A stretch of 64,000 nt of DNA from positions 17,586 to 81,585 of the forward strand of contig CAZECE010000060.1 of assembly GCA_964510525.1 (NCBI GenBank), in the 5' to 3' direction. Under the pieces are notes generated by a model that had not been told where the DNA came from, did no database searches, and was given only the letters and a program-made list of their open reading frames with translations. How positions within the stretch are numbered: the first letter of the stretch is position 1; each line of letters begins with the position of its first letter. The DNA is from an uncultured Pseudomonadales bacterium (GTDB lineage: Bacteria > Pseudomonadota > Gammaproteobacteria > Pseudomonadales > JANQJO01). Below are positions 40,327-53,084 of the stretch, piece after piece. The position numbers and the translations under genes were made by a program.

Positions 40327-41142
40327 ATGCCTGAGCTGCCAGAAGTTGAAACCACAGGTAATGGCATCAGGCCCTATGTGGAACAACAGATCATCATTCA
40401 ACTTGAGGTTCGTGAGCCTCGGTTGCGCTGGCCTGTGCCGCCGGAGCTCCCTAAATTAGTCGCTAATAAGCCGGTTCTGAGCCTTAAGAGACGAGGCAAG
40501 TATTTGTTGTTCGAATTTGAGCGCGGCGTCTTGCTGGTGCACCTTGGGATGTCGGGTTCTTTGCGGGTCGTGGAATGCGCTGAAGAGCCTTTGCGTAAAC
40601 ACGATCATGTAATTTGGCAGTTTCAGAGCCACCAGTTGAGGTTTCATGATCCCAGGCGTTTTGGCTGTGTGTTGTGGACGCAAGCACCCGTTAATCAGCA
40701 CCCTTTATTATCTGGGTTGGGACCAGAGCCTCTGACGGCCGATTTTTCTGCAGAATACTTATATGCGATCGCCAAAAAGCGGAAAGTTGCGATTAAGTCT
40801 TTGATTATGAATAGTAAAGTGGTGGTGGGGGTAGGCAATATCTACGCCTGTGAGGCATTATTCAAGGCAGGCATTTCACCGAAAAGAACGGCCAATCGAG
40901 TCAGTTTGGCTCGTATCGAGCGATTAGTGGCCGCAATTAAAGAGGTGTTGCAACAAGCCATTCAAGCGGGAGGGACCACGTTACGGGATTTTGTGAACGG
41001 ATTTGATCAGCCAGGGTATTTTAAACAACAATTGTCGGTTTATGGGCGAGCTGATAAACCCTGTGTGTCTTGTGCAGAGCCACTCACAGAAATTCGTTTG
41101 CAGCAGCGCTCAACGGTGTTTTGCCATCGTTGCCAGCGTTAA
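40327..41142 (+). CDS. mutM: Formamidopyrimidine-DNA glycosylase
   Basis: MPELPEVETT N-terminus and the C-terminal zinc finger CVSCAEPLTEIRLQQRSTVFCHRCQ. Confidence 0.96.
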   Translation: MPELPEVETTGNGIRPYVEQQIIIQLEVREPRLRWPVPPELPKLVANKPVLSLKRRGKYLLFEFERGVLLVHLGMSGSLRVVECAEEPLRKHDHVIWQFQSHQLRFHDPRRFGCVLWTQAPVNQHPLLSGLGPEPLTADFSAEYLYAIAKKRKVAIKSLIMNSKVVVGVGNIYACEALFKAGISPKRTANRVSLARIERLVAAIKEVLQQAIQAGGTTLRDFVNGFDQPGYFKQQLSVYGRADKPCVSCAEPLTEIRLQQRSTVFCHRCQR

Positions 41143-41170
41143 AAAAGGGAGGTAATTCCTTGCATCAACG

Positions 41171-41195
41171 TTGAACATAAACTCTTGAACATAAA
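41171..41195 (+). repeat. 11-bp direct repeat TTGAACATAAA x2 upstream of the small exported-protein gene
   Basis: Copies at 41171-41181 and 41185-41195, about 115 nt upstream of ATG 41310. Confidence 0.55.
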
Positions 41196-41309
41196 AAGTA
41201 TCGATGTGTTAACAAAAGGTTGCTAAAAATCGATTCACTTATGCGGATAATGTCTGTTTTATTATTATACTGATTAGTGATAAGACTCAAATGGGTGAGG
41301 AAGGATAAG

Positions 41310-41630
41310 ATGTTAAAGCAACTAAAAGCCACTGTGATAGTGATGAGCCTGATAACAGCTGCCAGTTGGTCTGGTGTCACTATGGCATCAACTGTTGAAG
41401 AGCGTCCCACTGGGGTGGCTATGGCAGCAGATGCTATTTTAGTACGTCCAACCATGACGTTGGGTTTATTGGCGGGTACTGCGGTCTATGTGGTGTCTTT
41501 GCCAATTTCTCTATTAGGGGGCAATGCCGATGAGGCGGGTAAGAAACTGGTGGTGTCGCCTTTTAAAGCAACCTTCCTGCGGTGTTTAGGTTGCACGAAG
41601 AAACACGTGCCAGAAGCCGAATACTACTGA
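41310..41630 (+). CDS. Conserved hypothetical small exported/membrane protein
   Basis: ATG 41310 is preceded by GAGGAAGGA. Signal-like MLKQLKATVIVMSLITAASWSGVTMA, then the hydrophobic segment LGLLAGTAVYVVSLPISLLGG. No family assigned. Confidence 0.55.
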   Translation: MLKQLKATVIVMSLITAASWSGVTMASTVEERPTGVAMAADAILVRPTMTLGLLAGTAVYVVSLPISLLGGNADEAGKKLVVSPFKATFLRCLGCTKKHVPEAEYY

Positions 41631-41649
41631 GTTTTTAATACGTCTGCTC

Positions 41650-43681
<2,032 letters not shown>

Positions 43682-43762
43682 TTAAAGACAGTGCCGAAGT
43701 GGGTATTATTTTCTGGTCGAATCAATATATGGTTAGAATTTTAGCACAGAGAGGCGGCTGAG

Positions 43763-44386
43763 TTAGGATGGCGTCATCAAAGAAAGTAAATTCAGGCTAA
43801 CATCACCAATGGTTTTTTCTTTTTCCAAATGCCATGCCGGATTCAAATGCCATGCCGGATTGAAGGAAAGAGGGGCGCTTGAGGTTTTGGCGGCTTCAAG
43901 ATAAACCCGTCCTTTGGAACTTAGCCATGAGTGCTGGTGAATCAAGTCCAGTATGGATGGGCTCAGGTTGGGTTGGTTGAACGGTGGATCTAAAAAAATG
44001 AGATCGAATGAGTCAGATGGTTGTGTGTTGAGCCATTGAATAGCGGATGCTTGGAGGACTTGAGCGCGTTCTTTCAACAGCTCGGTTTCAGAAAGCGATA
44101 AGGCTTTTGCCAGATTTAGCTCGGCGAGATTTTTGTTGAGTTGGTTAAAGGCGTGTTTGTCTGACTCGATCCAAGTGACATGCGCTGCTCCACGAGAAAG
44201 TGCTTCCAACCCCAAAGCGCCAGATCCGGCAAAAGCATCCAGACAGCGGGCGCCAGGCAAATAAGGCGCTAACCAGTTAAATAGGGTTTCTCGAACGCGA
44301 TTGCTGGTGGGCCTTAGATCGGGGCGGTCGATGACTTTTACTTTACGCCCTCTGAGTTGCCCGCCAATGATTCGTATGTCAGCCAT
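43763..44386 (-). CDS. rsmD: 16S rRNA (guanine966-N2)-methyltransferase
   Basis: RIIGGQLRGRKV, LDAFAGSGALGLEALSRGA, LDPPF. Confidence 0.92.
   Translation of the reverse strand: MADIRIIGGQLRGRKVKVIDRPDLRPTSNRVRETLFNWLAPYLPGARCLDAFAGSGALGLEALSRGAAHVTWIESDKHAFNQLNKNLAELNLAKALSLSETELLKERAQVLQASAIQWLNTQPSDSFDLIFLDPPFNQPNLSPSILDLIHQHSWLSSKGRVYLEAAKTSSAPLSFNPAWHLNPAWHLEKEKTIGDVSLNLLSLMTPS
43826..43861. repeat. Perfect 18-bp tandem duplication inside rsmD
   Basis: CAAATGCCATGCCGGATT x2 (43826-43843 and 43844-43861). It encodes NPAWHL-NPAWHL near the RsmD C-terminus. Confidence 0.9.
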
Positions 44387-45982
44387 TTATTCTGGTTTTT
44401 CAGGGCCCAGTGTAATGATCAGCCAGCTAGTCGTTCCGTCATGGTTCTCTGCAGGGTTAAAACGTTTTTGCCAAGCATTTTTCACGGTATCCAAACGGGT
44501 ATCTGACACATCAAGCAAAAATCGAGTGAGCCTTTCCAAAGGCATCTGATAGAACCCCATGTTGCCAATAAATCCCAACTGACTGGCGTTGCTGGCCAAC
44601 AGCATGGGATGGCCATTGATGATGTTAGTTTTGACATCAAGCAGTTGTTTTTCAGTAGGCCCTTCGGCGATGAATGCGTTGAGTGTGTCTAGGCTGACCG
44701 TTAACGCATTGGTGGCCTGATCGTTTTCTGTTTTGAGATCCAACCAAAAGGGTCCTAGTTGTTGCATCCCGACGAAGGTGCTGTAAACACTATATGCCAG
44801 CCCTCGATCTTGTCGAATCGCTTGGTTCAACAGGGAGGCAAAGCCGCTGCCACCCAATATTTCATTGCCAACATAAAACGGAACGTAGTCTTCAACAGTG
44901 CGCTTGAGGCCGAGCTGGGCCACACGAATGTGGGTTTGTTGACTGGGGTAATCGATGTGATGGTGCGAACCCGTTACCGGTTTCGGTTCTGGTAAAGTAG
45001 GAGCTTTTGTACCAGTTTTGAGTGAGTCTAATAAGGTATTGGCAATGTTCTGGGCGCGTTTAGGTTCAAGGGCACCAACGATGGCCACAGTAGCATTAGC
45101 CGACACATAAAACGTTTCGTAAAACGATTGGATATCAGTCTGCTCTATGGATTCTAAGCCCTCAACAGTGCCTTCGGTGGGAGAGCCGTAGGGATGTTCT
45201 GGAAATAAGTGTTGCCACATGGCTTTGTTGACCAAGGCACCAGGGTTTTGTTGTTGGTACTCCAAATAACGCAGCATTTGAGCTTTGATTCGGTCTATGG
45301 AATCTTGCGGGAAGGTTGGCCGGCTGATCAATTGTTCGGTAAGTGCTAAGGCGGCATCTTCGTATTGATTCAACTTTAAGGTGCGCAATGAAATCACGGC
45401 CATATCACGATGAGCGCTGGCACTGAATTGCGCTCCGATACTTTCAAACCGTTCGGCAATAGCCTCAACATCCAGCTCTTGCGTGCCTTCGTCGAACAGG
45501 GCGGCAGAGAGTTGCGCGAGCCCCGGTAAATCGCCATCCCGGGCGCTGCCGGCATTAAATATGAGGCGGATATCGACCATCGGGAGGTTCGGTGAGGGGA
45601 CAAAATAAATGGGAGCGCCTGAGCTGTGTTGCCATTGTTGCACATCTAAAGACAGTAATTCGGGGTCTTTAAACGGCGTGTTTTTAAGAAGCGTCAGTAG
45701 CGTGTTTTCATCTGTTTTTTGGTAGCCTGTTTTTGGCTTTGCTTCTGGGGCGGTTTTTGCTTCTGGGGCGGTTTCTGCTTCTGGGATGGTTTCTGGTATT
45801 GTTTTTGTGGTGGCCTCTGGGCTGGAGGTGCTTTTGGGCGATAAGGCTTTTTCTAACGCATCAAAATCCCCGGTCTGAGATAAGATGGCAATTAAAATGG
45901 CGACGACAATGATGATGATGTTGAGGGTTTTACGATTAAAACGGCTGGGTATAGGAAAACTCGAAGACGTTTTTCGGCTCAT
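44387..45982 (-). CDS. M16 (pitrilysin) family peptidase-like protein lacking the HxxEH zinc motif, N-terminal TM anchor
   Basis: 531 aa with TM LNIIIIVVAILIAILS and the M16 fold pattern (VDIRLIFNAGSARD...). I found no HxxEH, so it is likely the non-catalytic type. Its stop abuts the rsmD start. Confidence 0.75.
   Translation of the reverse strand: MSRKTSSSFPIPSRFNRKTLNIIIIVVAILIAILSQTGDFDALEKALSPKSTSSPEATTKTIPETIPEAETAPEAKTAPEAKPKTGYQKTDENTLLTLLKNTPFKDPELLSLDVQQWQHSSGAPIYFVPSPNLPMVDIRLIFNAGSARDGDLPGLAQLSAALFDEGTQELDVEAIAERFESIGAQFSASAHRDMAVISLRTLKLNQYEDAALALTEQLISRPTFPQDSIDRIKAQMLRYLEYQQQNPGALVNKAMWQHLFPEHPYGSPTEGTVEGLESIEQTDIQSFYETFYVSANATVAIVGALEPKRAQNIANTLLDSLKTGTKAPTLPEPKPVTGSHHHIDYPSQQTHIRVAQLGLKRTVEDYVPFYVGNEILGGSGFASLLNQAIRQDRGLAYSVYSTFVGMQQLGPFWLDLKTENDQATNALTVSLDTLNAFIAEGPTEKQLLDVKTNIINGHPMLLASNASQLGFIGNMGFYQMPLERLTRFLLDVSDTRLDTVKNAWQKRFNPAENHDGTTSWLIITLGPEKPE
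45741..45794. repeat. 18-bp x3 tandem repeat inside the M16-like gene
   Basis: GCTTCTGGGGCGGTTTTT / GCTTCTGGGGCGGTTTCT / GCTTCTGGGATGGTTTCT. It encodes the PEAETAPEAKTAPEAK linker. Confidence 0.9.
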
Positions 45983-46026
45983 GGGCGACTAACCTTGCAA
46001 GGGGTTAAAAGGGAATGGTGCAAGTG

Positions 46027-46869
46027 TTAAATAAGTTTTAAAGCTTTGCAAATATCGAGGCTGGGTTGGGCTTTATTCAATGTGTAAAAATGCAAGCCTG
46101 GCAGGTTGAGTTCAAGGAGCTGTTCGCACAAACGAGCCACGACCTCTAGGCCAAAGTCTTGCAAACTGGCTGCATCATCACCAAAAGCTTGTAAACGTTT
46201 TTCCAGCCAGCGGGGAATGTCCGCACCGCAAGCGCTGGAAAAGCGAGCCAGTTTTTCATAATTGGTGATCGGCATGATGCCAGGTACGATGGGGGCTGTA
46301 ATCCCAATTTGCTCGGCGCGGTTGAGAAAATCTACGTAAGCATCGATGTTAAAAAAGTATTGCGTGATGATGCTGTCGGCTCCAGCATCCACTTTTTCTT
46401 TTAAATGCATCAAGTCTGATGTCGCGGATTCGGCTTCGGGGTGAACTTCCGGGTAGCCGGCGACTTCAATAGTGAAATGATCGCCAGTGGTTTCTCGAAT
46501 ATAGGCCACTAAGTCTCGAGCGAACGGCAGTTCGCCGCGCCCAAAGCCTACGCCAGAAGGTAGGTCTCCTCTCAGAGCCACAATGCGTCGAATACCTTCA
46601 TCTTGGTAACGGGTTAACAAGTCGTGGATGTCGGATTTGCTGTCGCCAATGCAAGACAAGTGCGGCGCTGTCGGAACCTGAGTGTGTTTTATGGTGTTCA
46701 GAACGGTTTCGACAGTGGGTTGACGCGTCGAGCCACCCGCCCCATAGGTCACAGAAAAAAATTCCGGTTTCGTCTGCTGGAGTATGAGGCTTTGTTCAGC
46801 GGCTAAGTTTTCCCGCCCTTTGTCGGTTTTAGGGGGAAAAAACTCAAAGCTGATCGGGGGCTGATTCAT
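46027..46869 (-). CDS. metF: Methylenetetrahydrofolate reductase
   Basis: ISFEFFPPKT N-terminus, 280 aa, downstream of ahcY. Confidence 0.93.
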   Translation of the reverse strand: MNQPPISFEFFPPKTDKGRENLAAEQSLILQQTKPEFFSVTYGAGGSTRQPTVETVLNTIKHTQVPTAPHLSCIGDSKSDIHDLLTRYQDEGIRRIVALRGDLPSGVGFGRGELPFARDLVAYIRETTGDHFTIEVAGYPEVHPEAESATSDLMHLKEKVDAGADSIITQYFFNIDAYVDFLNRAEQIGITAPIVPGIMPITNYEKLARFSSACGADIPRWLEKRLQAFGDDAASLQDFGLEVVARLCEQLLELNLPGLHFYTLNKAQPSLDICKALKLI

Positions 46870-46940
46870 TGTCTGTTCCTAGTATTGTCGATTCCTAGTA
46901 CCTGGTTTATCCCTAGGTCTTCAGATGGCAAAGAGTAGGA

Positions 46941-48353
46941 TTAATACTTGTAAGTGTCGTTTTTAAACGGACCTGCTGCAGGAACGTTAATGTAATCCGC
47001 TTGCTCTTGGGTCATTTTGGTAATGACGCCGCCAAAGCCTTCGACCATGTACTGAGCCACTTCTTCATCGAGAATTTTAGGCAGCACTTCGATGGTGATG
47101 TTGGCCGCTTTTTCTGCTTCAGGCAGTTTGGCAAACTGCTTTTTATACAGATGAATTTGTGCCAACACCTGGTTCGCAAAGGAGCCATCCATGATGCGAG
47201 AAGGGTGACCGGTGGCGTTGCCTAGGTTCACCAGTCGGCCTTCTGAAAGCAGTAACAAATGATCGTCGGTGGCTTTGTTGCGATAGACCTTGTGGACTTG
47301 AGGTTTGATTTCTTCCCACTCCCAGTGCTCGCGCATGTAAGCGGTATCAATTTCATTATCAAAGTGACCAATATTGCACACTACCGCACTGCTTTTCAGG
47401 GCTTGCAGAATGTTTTTATCGCACACATCGACGTTACCTGTGGTGGTGACGATCATATCGGTGTTTTTTAACAGTTCGGTGTTGATGCCATCGAGTGTGC
47501 CAGTGTTGATGCCGTCTTTGTAAGGTGAAACCACTTCAAACCCGTCCATGCACGCTTGCATCGCGCAGATTGGGTCAATTTCACTGACTCGAACAATCAT
47601 GCCTTCTTGGCGTAAGCTTTGCGCAGAACCTTTGTTGACATCACCATAACCCATGACTAAGGCTTTTTTTCCCGCCAATAAATGATCAATGGCGCGTTTG
47701 ATACCGTCATTTAAGCTGTGACGACAGCCATATTTGTTGTCGTTTTTGGATTTGGTTACCGAATCGTTGACGTTGATCGCCGGGATTTTTAAAGTGCCAG
47801 CCGCCATTCTTTCAATCAACCGATGTACGCCTGTGGTGGTTTCTTCCGTAATGCCGCTGACGTTATCAAGAATTTGCGGATATTTGTCATGAGCCATATT
47901 GGTTAGGTCGCCGCCATCATCCAGCAGCATGTTGGCATCCCAGGGGGTGCCGTTTTTCAAGATGGTTTGCTCAATACACCATTCGGCTTCTTCGTTGGTT
48001 TGACCTTTCCAGGCATAGACCGCGATGCCTTTGGCGGCAATGGCCGCAGCGGCGTGATCTTGAGTGGAGAAAATGTTGCAAGATGACCAGCGAACTTCTG
48101 CCCCCAGGTCTACCAGGGTTTCGATCAATACGGCGGTCTGGATGGTCATATGAATACATCCAATGATTTTCGCGCCAGCCAAAGGCTGACTTGCGGCGTA
48201 TTTTTTTCGAATGGCCATGAGGGCCGGCATTTCAGTTTCGGCAATACTGATTTCTCGGCGACCCCAGTCCGCCAAATTAATGTCGGCAACTTTATAGTCG
48301 TCGGTTGAGTTTGTGGTTGCGGTGGGTCTGATGGCTTCTGCAGTTGCGGTCAT
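46941..48353 (-). CDS. ahcY: Adenosylhomocysteinase
   Basis: 470 aa. [16 protein letters not shown]..., NAD site [11 protein letters not shown]-terminal FKNDTYKY. Confidence 0.96.
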   Translation of the reverse strand: MTATAEAIRPTATTNSTDDYKVADINLADWGRREISIAETEMPALMAIRKKYAASQPLAGAKIIGCIHMTIQTAVLIETLVDLGAEVRWSSCNIFSTQDHAAAAIAAKGIAVYAWKGQTNEEAEWCIEQTILKNGTPWDANMLLDDGGDLTNMAHDKYPQILDNVSGITEETTTGVHRLIERMAAGTLKIPAINVNDSVTKSKNDNKYGCRHSLNDGIKRAIDHLLAGKKALVMGYGDVNKGSAQSLRQEGMIVRVSEIDPICAMQACMDGFEVVSPYKDGINTGTLDGINTELLKNTDMIVTTTGNVDVCDKNILQALKSSAVVCNIGHFDNEIDTAYMREHWEWEEIKPQVHKVYRNKATDDHLLLLSEGRLVNLGNATGHPSRIMDGSFANQVLAQIHLYKKQFAKLPEAEKAANITIEVLPKILDEEVAQYMVEGFGGVITKMTQEQADYINVPAAGPFKNDTYKY

Positions 48354-48425
48354 ACGAAATAATCCTTCATTTAATTTTGTGTGTAGTTTGTGTGTGTATT
48401 TGAGCTGTTTGCTTGAGTATTTGAG

Positions 48426-49586
48426 TTACAGTTTTACCGATGCTTTAAGGGCCTCGACTTTGTCAGTGGCTTCCCAGGTAAAGTTGCTGTCTTCTCGGCC
48501 AAAGTGTCCGTAGCTGGCCGTTGGTTGGTAAATGGGGCGCTTCAAATTAAGCATTTCAATCAAGCCTTTGGGTCGCAGATCAAAGTGCTCTCGGATCAGC
48601 TCAATGATGGTTTCATCTGAGACCTTGCCAGAACCAAAGGTATTGATGCTGATGGAGGTTGGCTCGGCAACCCCGATGGCATATGAAACTTGAATTTCAC
48701 AACGATCCGCTAAGCCGCTGGCAACAATATTTTTAGCAACATAACGGCACGCATAGGCCGCTGAACGGTCAACCTTCGAGGGATCTTTGCCCGAAAATGC
48801 GCCGCCTCCGTGGCGTGCCATGCCGCCATAAGTATCAACGATGATTTTACGACCTGTTAAGCCGCAGTCGCCCATGGGGCCGCCGATAATGAATTGGCCG
48901 GTGGGGTTGATGAAGTAATCGGTCTTGTCGGTGAGCCATTGCGCCGGCAGAACCGGTTTAATGATTTCTTCCATCACCGCTTCTTCAATCTGTGATTGAG
49001 AAATATCGGCCGCGTGTTGCGTGGAGAGGACAACGGCATCAATGGAGGCAGGCTGTCCGTTTTCATCGTAACGAAACGTGACTTGGCTTTTGGCGTCAGG
49101 GCGCAAAAAGTCTAAGTGTTGTCGGCGCATCTCGGCTTGTCTTTGCACTAAGCGATGCGAGTAGGTGATAGGCGCGGGCATGAATACATCGGTTTCATTG
49201 GTGGCATAACCAAACATCAAGCCTTGGTCGCCGGCCCCTTGTTCTTTTTCCGTATTTTCATCAACGCCCATCGCGATATCTGGGGATTGTTTGCCAATGG
49301 CATTCAGAACCGCGCAAGAGTTACCATCAAAGCCCATCTCCGAGCTGGTGTAGCCAATTTCACAGACGACTTCGCGCGCTAATTTGTCGAGGTCGACCCA
49401 AGCGGTGGTACTCACTTCGCCGGCAATCACCACCATGCCGGTCTTGACCAGGGTTTCACAGGCCACGCGGGCTTGAGGGTCCTGTTCTAATATGGCATCT
49501 AACACTGCGTCTGAAATTTGATCCGCAATTTTGTCGGGGTGACCTTCTGAAACCGATTCGGAGGTGAAAAGACTGTACTCACTCAT
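48426..49586 (-). CDS. metK: S-adenosylmethionine synthase
   Basis: [48 protein letters not shown]. Confidence 0.97.
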   Translation of the reverse strand: MSEYSLFTSESVSEGHPDKIADQISDAVLDAILEQDPQARVACETLVKTGMVVIAGEVSTTAWVDLDKLAREVVCEIGYTSSEMGFDGNSCAVLNAIGKQSPDIAMGVDENTEKEQGAGDQGLMFGYATNETDVFMPAPITYSHRLVQRQAEMRRQHLDFLRPDAKSQVTFRYDENGQPASIDAVVLSTQHAADISQSQIEEAVMEEIIKPVLPAQWLTDKTDYFINPTGQFIIGGPMGDCGLTGRKIIVDTYGGMARHGGGAFSGKDPSKVDRSAAYACRYVAKNIVASGLADRCEIQVSYAIGVAEPTSISINTFGSGKVSDETIIELIREHFDLRPKGLIEMLNLKRPIYQPTASYGHFGREDSNFTWEATDKVEALKASVKL

Positions 49587-49851
49587 TTGGCTAACTTCCT
49601 TAAAACAACAACCCAGTTGGCGTTAAACAATAATTCAAGCGCTAAACAACAATCCAAAAGGCTGTCTGTGCAGGTGAATTGAGATGTTTTCCGATAATCC
49701 ATTGAAAAACGGCGAGTATGATACGGGTTTTCATTGTAAAATGCAGCACAAACAACAGCACCCACTGGATAAATAAACACAATGTTTGTTTTTTCTAGGC
49801 AGCTGTCGCAATTGGAGTGAATTTGGAGTGAATAATGGGAGTGAAAAGTTG

Positions 49852-51867
49852 ATGAAAGTGACGCCACAAACCTTGGCTAACGCAATTCGAGTGTTAAGTG
49901 TCGACGCGGTTCAAAAAGCCAATTCGGGTCACCCGGGCGCTCCGATGGGCATGGCGGACATTGCAGAAGTTTTGTGGCGAGACTATTTGCAACACAACCC
50001 AAACAGCCCAGACTGGGCTAATCGCGACCGCTTTGTGCTCTCGAATGGCCATGGGTCCATGTTGATCTATGCGTTGTTGCACTTAACTGGTTACGACCTC
50101 TCAATAGAGGACCTAAAAAACTTTCGGCAGCTTGGTTCCAAGACAGCCGGGCATCCTGAATACGGTATTACGCCGGGGGTCGAGACCACCACAGGGCCTT
50201 TGGGTCAGGGGTTTGCTAATGCGGTGGGCATGGCGTTAGCGGAACGTTCCATGGCTGCTGAGTTCAATCAGCCCGATTTTCCGATTGTGAATCATCATAC
50301 CTATGTCTTTGTGGGTGACGGTTGTTTGATGGAAGGCATCTCCCACGAAGCGGCCTCATTAGCGGGGACTCAGCGGTTGGGCAAACTGATCGCTTTTTAT
50401 GATGATAACGGCATCTCCATTGATGGCCAGGTTCAAGGTTGGTTTGCGGATGACACACCAAAGCGTTTCGAAGCCTATGGCTGGCAGGTCATTCCAAATG
50501 TCGATGGCCATGATCGTGAGGCTTTAACAAAAGCCATCGAGTTAGCACAATATGAAACCGGTAAGCCCAGTTTGATTTGTTGCAAAACCGTGATTGGTTG
50601 TGGCTCACCAAACCAAAAAGGTACGGCGGACATTCACGGCAAGCCCTTAGGGGATGATGAGATTGCCGCCACTCGAAACGCTCTGGGCTGGACGGCGGCT
50701 CCTTTTGAAATACCTGAAGACGTTCAAGCGGCTTGGGATGCGCGTGAAGCCGGGGCCGAACGTGAGGCCACTTGGCAAACTCTGTTCGAAGACTATCAAG
50801 CGGCTCATCCTGATTTAGCGGCGGCTTTTTTGCGTCGCAAAACCGGGGCTTTGCCGGAAGATTGGTCTGAAACCGTGGGCGCATTAACGGCCGAGTTGCT
50901 CAGCCAGGAAAAGCCCGTAGCCACTCGAAAAGCATCTGAGTTGTGTTTGAACGTGCTTGGACCTCGAGTGCCTGAGTTGTTGGGCGGTTCGGCGGATTTA
51001 ACGGGCTCTAACAACACTAAATGGAAAGCAGCTGAAATGCAGTCAGCTGAGCACCCATCAGGTCGGTACCTTTATTACGGGGTTCGAGAGTTCGGTATGA
51101 CGGCCATCATGAATGGTATGGCGCTCTATAAAGGCTTTATTCCGTTTGGTGGGACGTTTTTGGTCTTTATGGACTATGCGCGCAACGCTGTCCGGTTAGC
51201 GGCGCTGATGAAGCAAAAAGTGGTGATGGTCTATACCCATGACTCCATTGGTTTGGGGGAAGATGGCCCAACGCATCAGCCCATTGAGCACTTGGCCAGT
51301 TTGCGTTTGATGCCAAATCTTAATGTCTGGCGGCCCGCGGATGCGTTGGAAACCGCCGTGGCTTGGCAAAAGTCCATTGAAAATCAAGGCCCTTCGGCGC
51401 TGGTGTTAACGAGGCAAGGTTTGCCACCCTTGGGTAAAGAGGTTGCTCGTGTAAAGTCGATTGCTCGTGGTGGGTATATATTGGATGGCTGTGCCGAGGA
51501 GCCTGAATTAATCCTGTTGGCAACGGGCTCAGAGGTTCAGTTGGCCATTGAGGCCAAAGCCTTGCTGTTGAAAAGTGATGCCAGGCGTCAGATTCAAGTC
51601 GTGTCCATGCCATCAACCGAGGTATTTGAGCAGCAAGAAGCCAGTTACCGCGAACAGGTATTGCCGTCTCATGTGACAGCGCGGATTGCCATTGAAGCAG
51701 GGGCCACGGGGTTGTGGCGGCAGTATGTGGGGCTGGAAGGTGAAGTCATTGGCTTGGATTGTTTTGGTGAATCGGCGCCTGCTAAGGCTTTATTCGAACA
51801 TTTTGGCCTGACAGCGGAGAGTGTGGTTGCGGTAGCCGAGCGGCTCTTGGTACGATTGGGCGCTTAA
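49852..51867 (+). CDS. tktA: Transketolase
   Basis: ATG 49852 ([33 protein letters not shown]). TPP motif [13 protein letters not shown]. The track start at 49786 is over-extended. Confidence 0.95.
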   Translation: MKVTPQTLANAIRVLSVDAVQKANSGHPGAPMGMADIAEVLWRDYLQHNPNSPDWANRDRFVLSNGHGSMLIYALLHLTGYDLSIEDLKNFRQLGSKTAGHPEYGITPGVETTTGPLGQGFANAVGMALAERSMAAEFNQPDFPIVNHHTYVFVGDGCLMEGISHEAASLAGTQRLGKLIAFYDDNGISIDGQVQGWFADDTPKRFEAYGWQVIPNVDGHDREALTKAIELAQYETGKPSLICCKTVIGCGSPNQKGTADIHGKPLGDDEIAATRNALGWTAAPFEIPEDVQAAWDAREAGAEREATWQTLFEDYQAAHPDLAAAFLRRKTGALPEDWSETVGALTAELLSQEKPVATRKASELCLNVLGPRVPELLGGSADLTGSNNTKWKAAEMQSAEHPSGRYLYYGVREFGMTAIMNGMALYKGFIPFGGTFLVFMDYARNAVRLAALMKQKVVMVYTHDSIGLGEDGPTHQPIEHLASLRLMPNLNVWRPADALETAVAWQKSIENQGPSALVLTRQGLPPLGKEVARVKSIARGGYILDGCAEEPELILLATGSEVQLAIEAKALLLKSDARRQIQVVSMPSTEVFEQQEASYREQVLPSHVTARIAIEAGATGLWRQYVGLEGEVIGLDCFGESAPAKALFEHFGLTAESVVAVAERLLVRLGA

Positions 51868-51930
51868 TAATAATTCAATTGATAACAGAGGCTCGGTGAT
51901 TTTAACTGAGCGAATGATTAGGGCGCAGTG

Positions 51931-53019
51931 ATGCCAGTACGAGTGGCAATTAATGGCTTTGGCCGAATTGGACGGGCATTGTATCGGGCTTGGTTTCAAC
52001 GCCACTTATCGGCCTATTCAGGTGTGGAAATCGTTGCGGTCAATGATGTTGAATCGCCCGAACAGCTGGCTTATTTGCTTCAGCACGACAGCGTTTACCG
52101 TCGTTTTTTACCCCATATAAAGTATGAAGAACAGCACCAGCAATTGCGGGTTGCCCAGTATTGTTTACCTATTACGTGTCATCGGGACATTCCGGCCGAG
52201 CACTGGGCTCAGTTGGGTGTGGATTGGGTGGTGGATGCGTCCGGGGCTTATCGAGCTCAAGATCGGATGAGATTGCATGTGGCTTCGGGTGCCAAGCGAG
52301 TATTAATCACGGCCCCGACTGAAGCGGCGGATGTGACTGTGGTGGCAGGCGTAAATGACGATCAATTTCAAAACCAGACCTATGTCTCAGCCGCTTCTTG
52401 CACGACTCAAGCCATGGCGGCCGTCTTGCAGCCCTTACTTTCTGATCGATCGTTATCAGAGTCATTGTCAGGAATTGAGTCAGGTGTTGAGTCAGGTGTT
52501 GAAATTGAATCCGTGATGATGACCGAAATACATGCCAGCACCCTGGATCAACCGGTTTTGGATACCGTGCACCAAAACCCGGTTCGCGGCCGAGCTGGAG
52601 CGTTTAACATGGTACCCACCTTAACCACGGGTGATCGTGCCATTGGTCAGGTGTTGCCAGAGCTGGCAGGTAAGGTTAAGGGCTATTCGATGCGTGTGCC
52701 TGTCCCTAATGGGGCCTGTTTGGATTTAACCATTGCGTTGTCAAAACCCGTGACTGAAGAACACATCAAGGCTCTGTTTCAATCTGCAGCTGAGCAACCC
52801 AATGCGATTTTAGGTGTTACAGAGCATCCTTTTGTGTCCAGTGATGTCACTGAGTCGAACTTGTCGGCGGTGATTGATTTGAATCACGTTCGAGTCAATG
52901 GTCGTCAATTACAGTTGTTGGCTTGGTACGACAATGAGTGGGGCTATGTGTCACGTGTGCTGGATTTTTTAAAAGCGCAAGTGGTGCCCGATCCCACTAT
53001 AGAGCAAAGACCTATTTGA
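51931..53019 (+). CDS. epd: GAPDH-family dehydrogenase, most likely erythrose-4-phosphate dehydrogenase (Epd-like) with a low-complexity insertion
   Basis: VAINGFGRIGR, catalytic ASCTT, and GIESG...TEIHASTLDQPVLD, which resembles the E. coli Epd [21 protein letters not shown]. It holds the tkt-epd-pgk-fba position seen in Pseudomonas. Epd versus Gap cannot be settled by eye. Confidence 0.75.
   Translation: MPVRVAINGFGRIGRALYRAWFQRHLSAYSGVEIVAVNDVESPEQLAYLLQHDSVYRRFLPHIKYEEQHQQLRVAQYCLPITCHRDIPAEHWAQLGVDWVVDASGAYRAQDRMRLHVASGAKRVLITAPTEAADVTVVAGVNDDQFQNQTYVSAASCTTQAMAAVLQPLLSDRSLSESLSGIESGVESGVEIESVMMTEIHASTLDQPVLDTVHQNPVRGRAGAFNMVPTLTTGDRAIGQVLPELAGKVKGYSMRVPVPNGACLDLTIALSKPVTEEHIKALFQSAAEQPNAILGVTEHPFVSSDVTESNLSAVIDLNHVRVNGRQLQLLAWYDNEWGYVSRVLDFLKAQVVPDPTIEQRPI
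52477..52500. repeat. 12-bp tandem duplication inside the epd-like gene
   Basis: GAGTCAGGTGTT x2. It encodes ESGV-ESGV within SLSESLSGIESGVESGVEIES. Confidence 0.85.
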
Positions 53020-53084
53020 TAAAACTAAGATCCATTTGATAGACCGAAGACCTCTTTAATGATTTCAGCAGGAGTAATAAGTTT

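Noticed and set aside
40257-40367. The 436-aa version of the desaturase ORF starting at 40367
   Set aside because: The extra 37 codons overlap the divergent mutM start (MPELPEVET at 40327) and show no desaturase-like sequence. ATG 40256 gives a normal N-terminus.
48354-49851. SAM or SAH riboswitch upstream of metK or ahcY
   Set aside because: The metK-ahcY spacer (48354-48425) is AT/GT-rich with no GC-rich pseudoknot-like stems. The metK leader (49587-49800, minus strand) shows only a weak direct repeat (GCGTTAAACAA / GCGCTAAACAA at 49620-49649). I could not fit either to the riboswitch consensus sequences I remember. An Rfam scan would be needed to be sure.
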